In this document: positions 8,843 through 16,854 of the stretch, piece by piece
How the letters are laid out: every line of letters begins with the position of its first letter
Position numbering within the stretch: position 1 is the first letter of the stretch
Source of the DNA: a virus
Taxonomy: Duplodnaviria; Caudoviricetes
DNA length: 48,841 bases
IMG/VR virus record: IMGVR_UViG_3300037127_000006
Location: 1 to 48,841 of that record
Reading direction: 5' to 3' (one strand)
Notes under the pieces: model-generated
What the model saw: the letters and a program-made list of their open reading frames with translations, nothing else
Database searches by the model: none
Told to the model about the DNA's origin: nothing
Program-made: the position numbers and the translations under genes

Positions 8843-9048
8843 GCGATTTAATCGAGAAGGTGGCGAAGGCGATTAAAGAAGGCGGGGAGCGAGCCGCAAT
8901 CATGGCGGTTGCTGATTTCGTTGAAAGCTTCCATACGTGCGAGGCTTACACGAAAGCCCACAAAGAGAGTGTAACACATATCGCAGGCCACCTACGTGCT
9001 TTAGCGAACAGCGATGAGTCTTCGAGTAAAGAAGGGGGTGGGGAATGA
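8839..9048 (+). CDS. Hypothetical protein, related to 9045..9272
   Basis: MSDLIEKVA...VADFVE...IA..LR.LA. Confidence 0.7.
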   Translation: MSDLIEKVAKAIKEGGERAAIMAVADFVESFHTCEAYTKAHKESVTHIAGHLRALANSDESSSKEGGGE

Positions 9049-9272
9049 GTGACTTACTTGAGAGGGTGGCACAGTCGTTTGATTTTGTGTGCTGTTGCCC
9101 CGGCGAGATTAATTGCACCTGTAAAATCGACGCTGCCCGCGAAGCAGCCAACGTAATCGCTGATTGGGTGGAGAATGAATCAATAGAATGGATGGGACCA
9201 GCGGAAGAGGTAAATTCTACAATTGCCGACGAACTCCGCACCCTTGCCAGCAAGGAGGAAGCCGATGAGTGA
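9045..9272 (+). CDS. Hypothetical protein, related to 8839..9048
   Basis: MSDLLERVA...IADWVE...IADELRTLA. Confidence 0.7.
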   Translation: MSDLLERVAQSFDFVCCCPGEINCTCKIDAAREAANVIADWVENESIEWMGPAEEVNSTIADELRTLASKEEADE

Positions 9273-9471
9273 ATTGAAGCGGTGTCCTGAATGTGGGGCA
9301 AACACCTGCTTAGTCGAATTTCCCTCTGCTCTAGCATATCCCGACGTAGAATGGTCTGTCCGCTGTACTGTGTGCGACGGGCTTGATTCTCGTTTTGGGT
9401 GGTTCAGTACGAAGGAGGACGCCATTAAAGCTTGGAACACCCGAGCCAAGGAGGAGGCCAAAAATGAATGA
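9265..9471 (+). CDS. Lar-family restriction-alleviation-like zinc-ribbon protein
   Basis: MSELKRCPECG...VRCTVC...AIKAWNTR signature. Confidence 0.8.
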   Translation: MSELKRCPECGANTCLVEFPSALAYPDVEWSVRCTVCDGLDSRFGWFSTKEDAIKAWNTRAKEEAKNE

Positions 9472-9598
9472 ACCCTGGCGCACCGGCTGGCGTTGGCGGC
9501 TGCTTTGCCGCCTCGACCGTGGTGGCTGTGGTTGTTTTGTGGTTCTGGCCATCCTCGCGGCCCTGATTGTGGGGGTGGTTTTGGGGGTGTTGGTATGA
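9464..9598 (+). CDS. Small membrane protein (44 aa)
   Basis: GGAGG RBS; one hydrophobic helix. Confidence 0.55.
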   Translation: MNEPWRTGWRWRLLCRLDRGGCGCFVVLAILAALIVGVVLGVLV

Positions 9599-9614
9599 AG
9601 AAAGGTGGCTTGTG

Positions 9615-9842
9615 ATGGTTAAGTATTCACGTTGGAGTCTTCGAGTTCCGCTTGCCGTTTTGGTGTTGCTTCTTCCGATGGCTTTGGCCTTCGTCGTAAG
9701 GGCGAACCTTGAAACAGTCTCATGGTTGCTCGTCCCCGACCTTTTGGACGGAGATGGCATGAAGACGTTTGCGTGGACTGCTGGAATCATGTCTACCCTT
9801 TGCGTTATCCCGATTCTTGTCATTCCAGATAATGCATTTTGA
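9615..9842 (+). CDS. Small two-TM membrane protein
   Basis: Two hydrophobic stretches; AAGGTGG RBS. Confidence 0.6.
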   Translation: MVKYSRWSLRVPLAVLVLLLPMALAFVVRANLETVSWLLVPDLLDGDGMKTFAWTAGIMSTLCVIPILVIPDNAF

Positions 9843-9855
9843 AAGGCGGTGACTG

Positions 9856-10026
9856 ATGTCTTCCGAGAGCATGCTCCTTGGGTCGATTTTAGTTGGACTC
9901 GATAAAATCGGAGAGATGCCCCTGTCTTCTTTGGGCGGGGAAGCCGAGGCTTTGAAAGAAATAGATAAAAAGGTGTGGGAACTTTTTTACAGAGCAGAAC
10001 AGAAAGGCGGTGATCGGTGGAAATAA
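9856..10026 (+). CDS. Hypothetical protein (56 aa)
   Basis: Manual translation; AAGGCGGTGA RBS; fills gap in operon. Confidence 0.5.
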   Translation: MSSESMLLGSILVGLDKIGEMPLSSLGGEAEALKEIDKKVWELFYRAEQKGGDRWK

Positions 10027-10592
10027 CATTGATGCTGGACAGGGATGGGAAGGTGGTCGGAATTGGGAAAGACAAGCACTCAGCAATTCCTCCGGGGATA
10101 ACATTATCAGGCCGTGGGGAAATTGGGCTGGCTTATGGAATAATTGATGCGGCAGAAAAACTGGGCTACACCTTCAAAACGCTGGACGTGGAGGAGGCGT
10201 TGCGGGTGAAGGCTGAACTAGCCGAACAAAGAGAATTAGTTATCGAATTGCAGAATCAAAATGACAAGCTTACCGAAGATGGGGCAAAACAGGAAGACGA
10301 GTGCGCAACCTTTTGCGAAGAACGCGACCGCCTCAAGGTCAAACTGGAAGAATCATTAGCCCGAGAAAGCCGAAACATGGACGACTGGAATAAAGCCATC
10401 GAGGACCGCGACCGCCTGCGGGAGGCGTTGAAGTTTGTCGATGCACATTTCCGGAAGGGGTCCATCATCAGCAGGGAGGAAGCGATTCTCAGAATCGTAA
10501 CCGCTCTTAATAGTTGTGGTCCGTGTTACAAAAACGGCAAAACTCCGGCAGAAGAGGATTGTAAGGATTGCAAAAAGAAAGGCGGTGGATAG
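10017..10592 (+). CDS. Coiled-coil hypothetical protein with C-terminal CxxC pair
   Basis: N-terminus shared with 10907..11599. Confidence 0.7.
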   Translation: MEITLMLDRDGKVVGIGKDKHSAIPPGITLSGRGEIGLAYGIIDAAEKLGYTFKTLDVEEALRVKAELAEQRELVIELQNQNDKLTEDGAKQEDECATFCEERDRLKVKLEESLARESRNMDDWNKAIEDRDRLREALKFVDAHFRKGSIISREEAILRIVTALNSCGPCYKNGKTPAEEDCKDCKKKGGG

Positions 10593-10910
10593 ATGGGTGA
10601 GTGCAAGCATGAAACTTGGGAATTCGACTACGGCGGGTCACAATATTGTGTCGAGTGCGGAAAAGATGACAAGGACATACAAGTCGATTTCCTAAAATCC
10701 GAAAACGACCGCCTCAAGGGGGAACTGGAGGAGACCACCGAATCCCTGATCCGCATGAACGGGAGGGTCGAAGAGCTGGAGGGGGTTTTGAGAGAGGCAA
10801 AACCCGCAGTAGAGCAGAGGGCGTATGAACTGGATGGCGTCCATGAAGAGGGATTTAAGGCATGGCGACGGGTTGAAGACAAAATAGAAAAGGCCCTCAA
10901 GGTGGAATGA
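10593..10910 (+). CDS. Zinc-finger plus coiled-coil hypothetical protein
   Basis: CKH...CVECG; RVEELEGVL. Confidence 0.7.
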   Translation: MGECKHETWEFDYGGSQYCVECGKDDKDIQVDFLKSENDRLKGELEETTESLIRMNGRVEELEGVLREAKPAVEQRAYELDGVHEEGFKAWRRVEDKIEKALKVE

Positions 10911-11599
10911 TGCTCATAACAGTGATGCTGGATAAGGATGGGAAGATGGTGGATGTTGGAAGATCCTTTTTGAAAAGAGATCGGCCACATCAAACGAGGG
11001 ACCAATATTATTCGTGGACTCAAGGGCAGTATATTGACCTCAGAGATGTGCAGTCTTGGGGCTGGACTCGCCACGAACTTGACATCCCAGACGAGGCGGT
11101 TCGGGGAGTCGTCTGCCATGAATGCGGATGCCGCCCCAAGTATTACCTAGAAACGGTTAAAGGTTCCGTTGTCTGTGGTAATTGCATTGAGATCAAGACC
11201 CAGAAGGAGGAACTCGCCGACCTTCGCGGAAAATTGCTAGAGGCGCTCGCCGATCTCCGTGTCGAGACGGCAGACCGGGACGCGAAAATCGGGGACCTAA
11301 AGACTGAACTGGCCGAGGCGAAAAAAGGAAATGCCCACCTCCAAGCCCAATTAAACAAGGCTTCAAAAGGGTGGGAAGCATGGAGGCAGATGTCTGATAG
11401 TCGCAAAGAAGCAAATGAACGCCTGCAAAAGAGGGTGGAGGAGTTGGAGGGGGTGTTGCAAGGTGCAGTAAATGATATTTGTGCGTTGCTGAACAATATC
11501 AGCTACCCGGCAACTTTCAAAAGATATAAAGAGAATTGGGAAAGGTATAAGGAAGCCCTCACCCCCACCAAGCGCAAGAAAGAGGAACCCAATGCCTAA
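10907..11599 (+). CDS. Zinc-finger plus coiled-coil hypothetical protein
   Basis: CHEC...CGNC; long heptad pattern. Confidence 0.7.
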   Translation: MMLITVMLDKDGKMVDVGRSFLKRDRPHQTRDQYYSWTQGQYIDLRDVQSWGWTRHELDIPDEAVRGVVCHECGCRPKYYLETVKGSVVCGNCIEIKTQKEELADLRGKLLEALADLRVETADRDAKIGDLKTELAEAKKGNAHLQAQLNKASKGWEAWRQMSDSRKEANERLQKRVEELEGVLQGAVNDICALLNNISYPATFKRYKENWERYKEALTPTKRKKEEPNA

Positions 11600-11762
11600 T
11601 ATCTGTTGCCCCTCCTGCGGATCTTCGGTCACAAGCGAGTGGCCGTGTATTCAGACGACACCAACTCCGATAGTTTGGCGTTGCCCAGAATGTGAAATGG
11701 AATTTGAAATCAGGATAGAATTTTTTCCCACCAAGCGCGAGGGGCGGAAGGAGGGGGAGTGA
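11592..11762 (+). CDS. Small zinc-ribbon protein (56 aa)
   Basis: Manual translation; CPSCG...CPEC. Confidence 0.6.
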   Translation: MPNICCPSCGSSVTSEWPCIQTTPTPIVWRCPECEMEFEIRIEFFPTKREGRKEGE

Positions 11763-11944
11763 TGCGTCCTGAAAAGAAGAGGATCGTCAATGGGCACAAA
11801 GTGGAGCAATATTACTGGGCTAGGGAATATCCGGTGTATGTGGACAATCATCTTGTGGAAACTGGGGAAAGCTTTGATGAGGTATGCAAGCGACTGGCAG
11901 AACCCCACCCCACCGAAGGGCAGGAAAGGAAGGAGGGGGAGTAG
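11762..11944 (+). CDS. Hypothetical protein (60 aa)
   Basis: TGATG coupling; strong RBS. Confidence 0.65.
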   Translation: MRPEKKRIVNGHKVEQYYWAREYPVYVDNHLVETGESFDEVCKRLAEPHPTEGQERKEGE

Positions 11945-11945
11945 G

Positions 11946-12281
11946 ATGGCAAGAAGAGAACTATGGGATGCAATACACGAATACAAGAGCGCGGGGAGCG
12001 CGGTATATGGAAACTATAAAAGGATGGACGCGGTAGTGAAGATAGAGAAGGCAATAGATGCCGAGATCAAATCCCTCAAAACCCGCCTCGATGCGGCTGA
12101 GGAGGTGGTGGAGGCGGCGAGGAATCACAGCGGTATTTGCAACAAGGAAGATCGTGAAAAATATCATGCGTGGGATTGGGCTGATTGCGTGGAGTGCATT
12201 GAAGCCCCGGCTTGCGATTATCTTTCCACATGCAAGGCCCTCAAAGCCTACGACGAGGCGAAGGGGAAGGATTCCAGATGA
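11946..12281 (+). CDS. Hypothetical protein with Cys cluster
   Basis: GGGGAG RBS; operon continuity. Confidence 0.65.
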   Translation: MARRELWDAIHEYKSAGSAVYGNYKRMDAVVKIEKAIDAEIKSLKTRLDAAEEVVEAARNHSGICNKEDREKYHAWDWADCVECIEAPACDYLSTCKALKAYDEAKGKDSR

Positions 12282-12472
12282 CCAGGAAATGCGCACATCC
12301 CAAGTGTAACCGCGAGCGTCGTGAGGGGAAGAAGACGTGCTCGAACAGACACACGCGGGCACTGGCGGCAATCAACTATCGCAAGAGAAAGAAAGCCGGC
12401 AAGCAGTTGAAGAAATGCCCGTACTGCAACGGCACTGGCTGGACTGACCTCAATCCGAGTCAGCCTGTTTAG
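12278..12472 (+). CDS. Small basic zinc-finger protein
   Basis: CAHPKC...CS..H and CPYCNGTG. Confidence 0.65.
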   Translation: MTRKCAHPKCNRERREGKKTCSNRHTRALAAINYRKRKKAGKQLKKCPYCNGTGWTDLNPSQPV

Positions 12473-14825
12473 AGCGGTAGTCTTCGGATTCCTTGTACCA
12501 GTCTTTCGGTCCCCTGGGCCTGTACCACGTCCCTCTCTTGCCGGTGCCCTTCTGTTCCCACCTCAAGGCCGTCATGCAACGCGACAGTCGCCTGGAATCG
12601 CGTGGTGATACCTTTCCGATATCAAGACCGAGTGCACGTTCAAGCAATTCCATAGCCGTTGCCGAATCCTTTTTCGGTGCTTCCCCCAGTCCGTTTACGT
12701 AATTGTAAAGCGCATCCTCCCAGACGTCCACTTCACGGCGCTCCTCAGCTTCGGCGCCGGCCACTTCCTCATCGACCATCGCCCACCATCTCTCCCCTCC
12801 CCGGTAGCGGTGATACGCTTCGGCAAACAGTTGTTCCCGGTCGGCGCGAATGGCGTCCAAGTCGATTCCCCGACAATGCAGGTAGTAGAACCGCCTGGAG
12901 CCGGTGACATCGCGGCCGGGCTTGGCGGCGTTGGTCGTGCCGACGAACACGCATGAACGTGGATGCTCCAAGGTGCGGTGCCCGTAGGGAACCCGGTAGA
13001 CATCATTGCGGCACGAGAGTACCTGTTTGATGCGCGTCTGCTCGGCGTTGCGGAACGAGTCGAGTTCCGACAGCTCGATCAGGAATTTCCCCCGCAAGAC
13101 GAGGAAGAAATCCTTGCCGTCTGACATCCTCGCATTACAGTCCACGTACCACGGGCCTCCGATGGCTTCCATGGCGGAAGACTTCTTGATCCCCTGCGGG
13201 CCTTGCAGGATTACCATGGTATCGCACTTGCAACCGGGCTGGAATATTCTGGCGATCATCGAGACCCAGAATGACTGGCTTACCCCGTAAGTGTACTCGC
13301 TGGAACCGCAACCCATGTAGGACTCGAAGAAGTAAGGCACGCGCTCCTTGCCGTCCCACGTCAGGGACTTGACCCACTCCTGCGGTCCGTTTCTCTCGTT
13401 GCGCCGGCAGTAGGCACGAACCACCCTGCGGGCCATGTCCTCGGATACCTTCGGGAGTCCCAATACCATCTGAAACATAATGGCGAGTTCCAAGTCGTCG
13501 TCGTCCGTCCATTCCCGCGGGCTGCCGTCGGTGCCCTTGAGGGTGAAATGAGCCTGATGGAAGGAGTCGTACCAGACCAGCTTCTCGATACCCTTGAGCT
13601 GACTCAGGGCCTTGACGAGATTGGATTCAGAGCAGATCGGCGCCCCGCCGCTGGTACGTGCCAAGCCGAGAATCTTGGCAAGCCTCTTTGCGTCCTCATC
13701 GGCGTAACCATCCTCCTCCGCCCAAGGCTTCAGGGCATCCGGAACCTCCACGGGATACTGATGCTCCTGGATGGCCTCAGAATCGCCCTCACAGACCACT
13801 GGAGTCTCCCGGGAGGGTTCAGGGTCGGATACAGGCGCCGGAAGAGGCTCAGGAGGCACTGGTGGCTCTACGGGAGGCTCGAATAGCTTCGCCCGGGGCC
13901 GTGCCCACGCCAGCAGATCCTCCCATGATCCGGTGAAATCAGCAACATCCCATCCGTCAGGCTGATCGGAGACATCCAGCAGCTTTACCGACGCCACACC
14001 GACGAACATGGCCAGATATCGCTGGATTTCTTGGCCTGCATCCTGGCCAGCCGGCCCCGCATCCGGCCAGATCAGCACATGACGGCCCGCCAGAGGCTCC
14101 CAGTCCGCCTTCTCCCACGCTTTGGCACCATTGGGCCATGTCGTGGTCACGTAGTATGTTCCGGCGAGCTTGTGGGCCGCCTCAGCGCATTTCTCGCCCT
14201 CGACCACGAGAACGGGCTTATCCGGACGGTTTGAAAGGTCGTGCAGATTATAGAGCGGCCTGGGGGTGGCGGGGGAGCGGTTCGTCCACTTCCTACCCTC
14301 TAACGAGTACGAAAATGGCCTGAATGTCTTGTCCCGTTTGCCGTCCTTGTCCGGCTGCTCCAAGTAACGAGCCACGTAAAACCAAGGGGAACCGTCAGCC
14401 GTTCGATACAGCCATGATCCTTGGAATTCCAGCCCACTGTTGAGAGTGAATTGGGGCTCCGGAACCCCCTCCGGCGGCGGTACGATATCCGGCTTCGTTT
14501 CCTTGCGCTCGACGGCACCGGGTTGGCCGTCGGGGAGTTGCAAGCGGAAGCCGTAGCGATCGGCAAGACACTTGGCGGCTTCTCCGTTTTTTATCTGATA
14601 TTTCGCCGCGTACAAGCTTATCAGGTCATGGCCGGCTTGGTTCTCGAATGCAAAATCCGCCCACCGGCCCGTCTTCAGGCACACCGAGAAACTGTCCCCC
14701 TTGCCGCCGTGAATGGTTGCGGCATAATATCTGCCACTACGGACGAAGCCACCCGGGACGTGTTCCTGGAGGAAGTCCCTCGCACGCGAGAGCAGGTGGG
14801 CTGACAGGCCGGTGAAGTCAAGCAT
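12450..14825 (-). CDS. TOPRIM primase fused to VapE/VirE-type P-loop helicase
   Basis: VLVVEGEK TOPRIM motif; ILQGPQGIKKSS Walker A, ELSELD, VFVGTTN, TGSRRF; TAATG coupling at 14825. Confidence 0.9.
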   Translation of the reverse strand: MLDFTGLSAHLLSRARDFLQEHVPGGFVRSGRYYAATIHGGKGDSFSVCLKTGRWADFAFENQAGHDLISLYAAKYQIKNGEAAKCLADRYGFRLQLPDGQPGAVERKETKPDIVPPPEGVPEPQFTLNSGLEFQGSWLYRTADGSPWFYVARYLEQPDKDGKRDKTFRPFSYSLEGRKWTNRSPATPRPLYNLHDLSNRPDKPVLVVEGEKCAEAAHKLAGTYYVTTTWPNGAKAWEKADWEPLAGRHVLIWPDAGPAGQDAGQEIQRYLAMFVGVASVKLLDVSDQPDGWDVADFTGSWEDLLAWARPRAKLFEPPVEPPVPPEPLPAPVSDPEPSRETPVVCEGDSEAIQEHQYPVEVPDALKPWAEEDGYADEDAKRLAKILGLARTSGGAPICSESNLVKALSQLKGIEKLVWYDSFHQAHFTLKGTDGSPREWTDDDDLELAIMFQMVLGLPKVSEDMARRVVRAYCRRNERNGPQEWVKSLTWDGKERVPYFFESYMGCGSSEYTYGVSQSFWVSMIARIFQPGCKCDTMVILQGPQGIKKSSAMEAIGGPWYVDCNARMSDGKDFFLVLRGKFLIELSELDSFRNAEQTRIKQVLSCRNDVYRVPYGHRTLEHPRSCVFVGTTNAAKPGRDVTGSRRFYYLHCRGIDLDAIRADREQLFAEAYHRYRGGERWWAMVDEEVAGAEAEERREVDVWEDALYNYVNGLGEAPKKDSATAMELLERALGLDIGKVSPRDSRRLSRCMTALRWEQKGTGKRGTWYRPRGPKDWYKESEDYRSKQADSD

Positions 14826-15852
14826 TACTCCCCCCGATAAAACCTCTCTCGTAAAGCCAGGAACGCCACAGCCGCCACCACCGGGACCACTCCGTTTCCG
14901 CAAAGTCTGAGCCGGTCCACCCGATGGGCCAGCCCATCAGCCATTCGACAAACAGCGGGTTCAAGTTCCGGCCGGCCGGCAAGGACTCGCTTCCATTCTT
15001 CGATTTCTTGGGGTCCCGGGGGCCACTCTCGGATGCCGGCCGGGCCCGGTGAAACAGGTCGAAATTCTCCGCAGCGCAATCCAGTTGACTCATCCGGCTT
15101 TTCCCGTCTTTTCGGATCACAGCCCCGCCGAGCCCCTTGTAATCCCTTGCTGCCGGCGTCGGCCAATTCTTTGCGCTTTCCTGAAGGTCCGGGCCCCCTG
15201 CCCCGCGTTCTTCCCGTTTGCTGTTCGCCCCGCCTGTGATCGTTTTCGGGGTCGGCCAACTGCCGGCATGGTCCCGTAGTTTGATTTGCGGGCATTTCGC
15301 GTCCCTGTATTTCGGGTCGTTCAGGTTCTTGATCCCACCCTCCCCGTCCGACGCTGCGGGAGTGCGCCAGGCAGAAGAGCCGGGCCCGGCCATGGGGCGC
15401 ACCAACATCGGACGCGGAAATAATTCCCCATTCCGCATCGAACCCCATTTCGTCAATCTCTCCGAGGACTTGCCGGAAACCCAAGGTAAGGTGATGTCTA
15501 ACGTTTTCGATGAAAAGCCATTCCGGTTTGGCTTCTTCGGTGATTCTGCGTACATGCGGCCAGAGGTGCCTGGGGTCGTCTTCTCCTTTTTTGTTCCCTG
15601 CAATGCTGAACGGCTGGCAGGGATATCCGGCAGAGATAAGATCCACCTTTCCACACCACGGGCGGCCATCGAAGGTTGCAAGATCGTCCCAGACAGGCGC
15701 TGAATCCATGGCCTTGTTTTCCATCCTTGCCACGAGAGTGGATGCAGCGTAACCATCCCACTCGACCATGCAGACACTTCGATAGGATCGCCCGAGAACC
15801 ATTCGGAGCCCGAGTTCCAGTCCCCCAGCCCCGGCACATAAAGCCAAGCCAT
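14818..15852 (-). CDS. Overlapping alternative-frame methyltransferase partner polypeptide (motif IX-like + W.TP repeats)
   Basis: 344-codon open frame over the whole MTase; WRTP/WPTP x3; LNPLFVEWLMGWPIGWT. Confidence 0.7.
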   Translation of the reverse strand: MAWLYVPGLGDWNSGSEWFSGDPIEVSAWSSGMVTLHPLSWQGWKTRPWIQRLSGTILQPSMAARGVERWILSLPDIPASRSALQGTKKEKTTPGTSGRMYAESPKKPNRNGFSSKTLDITLPWVSGKSSERLTKWGSMRNGELFPRPMLVRPMAGPGSSAWRTPAASDGEGGIKNLNDPKYRDAKCPQIKLRDHAGSWPTPKTITGGANSKREERGAGGPDLQESAKNWPTPAARDYKGLGGAVIRKDGKSRMSQLDCAAENFDLFHRARPASESGPRDPKKSKNGSESLPAGRNLNPLFVEWLMGWPIGWTGSDFAETEWSRWWRLWRSWLYERGFIGGSNA

Positions 15853-15856
15853 TCAT
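14825..15856 (-). CDS. DNA (cytosine-5) methyltransferase, catalytic frame
   Basis: Motif I LCAGAGG, IV GYPCQPFS, VI ENV, VIII R.R, X GNGVVP. Confidence 0.92.
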   Translation of the reverse strand: MNGLALCAGAGGLELGLRMVLGRSYRSVCMVEWDGYAASTLVARMENKAMDSAPVWDDLATFDGRPWCGKVDLISAGYPCQPFSIAGNKKGEDDPRHLWPHVRRITEEAKPEWLFIENVRHHLTLGFRQVLGEIDEMGFDAEWGIISASDVGAPHGRARLFCLAHSRSVGRGGWDQEPERPEIQGREMPANQTTGPCRQLADPENDHRRGEQQTGRTRGRGPGPSGKRKELADAGSKGLQGARRGCDPKRREKPDESTGLRCGEFRPVSPGPAGIREWPPGPQEIEEWKRVLAGRPELEPAVCRMADGLAHRVDRLRLCGNGVVPVVAAVAFLALRERFYRGE

Positions 15857-16191
15857 TCCCCCTCCCTGAGTTTCCTCACCGCCTCTTCCACGCCCCTCGC
15901 CACAAACGCCTTGCCACCGGCTTCGTTCACGGCGTCAATGAAACTCTGCTGTTCATTGCTGACCACCCCCCGCTTGGTCTTCGTCTCAATCGCAAGAAAG
16001 ACCGCCACACGGGAGCCCACCATCTCAGGAGTGACTATTCGCGGAACCCAGCCGATGAGATCCGACGAGCCTTCACAGAGGCCAAAATGTATTTTCCTGA
16101 CGTGATCGAATCCGACTGGGTTGTTGAACGTCACCACTTGGAGTCTCCCCAAGGCCAGTTGAATCCTGTTTTTTATCTCCTTTTCCCTCAT
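15853..16191 (-). CDS. VRR-NUC domain nuclease (putative resolvase)
   Basis: GSSDLIG...FLAIETKT..G..S.EQ..F. Confidence 0.85.
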   Translation of the reverse strand: MREKEIKNRIQLALGRLQVVTFNNPVGFDHVRKIHFGLCEGSSDLIGWVPRIVTPEMVGSRVAVFLAIETKTKRGVVSNEQQSFIDAVNEAGGKAFVARGVEEAVRKLREGE

Positions 16192-16245
16192 CCTGAATCC
16201 TCCTCAACTCCGTAAGGGTCATTCGCCGCTTGCGGCGTTTCTTTT

Positions 16246-16854
16246 TCATGGCTTTACCCGCTTGAATTCAAGGACCCACACCCAAGGATTGACTTCCCAC
16301 CCGTATCCGCGTTTGGTGTTTATGGAGTCCCAGAGTTCACGAAATCCGTAAACAGCCTCGCCGTCTTCGTAGCACCTGCCCGTAAGTATCCCCTCCGCGA
16401 ATGCGTCCTCTTCGCTTATCTCTTGGACCCTCTCCACCCTGGCACCCTCGATTTCCAGCCAGATTCGGGCGGCCCATTTGGGCATGTGGATGGAGGGTTT
16501 CCATGGCTCCCCGTTCATCTCCGGTTCTGTCGCTCGGTAGGCGACCCCCTCCCCTTGCGTACCGCTCCAAGTCTCCCTCACATAAAGCTGGTCTTCAACC
16601 GCCCACCGTGGATAAATCCGATGAACAGTCCCATGAGCGGGAAAGGGAACTTTCAGGTATGGACCCAGATTCCCGGCGGGAGACGGGCCGGGGTCAACCC
16701 AAGCATTGTCAAAATCAAATTTATCCCACTCCTTCCTCGGGCCGTCGCCGACGATGGAGTTATGTAGCGTGACAACCCTGCGCGTCTGGGTCTTGCGGCC
16801 CTCCAGTATGGCGTTGACCATCGAACTGCACATGATGATGCCACGTTCTTTCAT
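16246..16854 (-). CDS. ASCH/PUA-like phage protein
   Basis: MV.AIL.GRKTQTRR, LYVRETW, W.PSIHMP.WA.R, NPWVWV.EF. Confidence 0.8.
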   Translation of the reverse strand: MKERGIIMCSSMVNAILEGRKTQTRRVVTLHNSIVGDGPRKEWDKFDFDNAWVDPGPSPAGNLGPYLKVPFPAHGTVHRIYPRWAVEDQLYVRETWSGTQGEGVAYRATEPEMNGEPWKPSIHMPKWAARIWLEIEGARVERVQEISEEDAFAEGILTGRCYEDGEAVYGFRELWDSINTKRGYGWEVNPWVWVLEFKRVKP

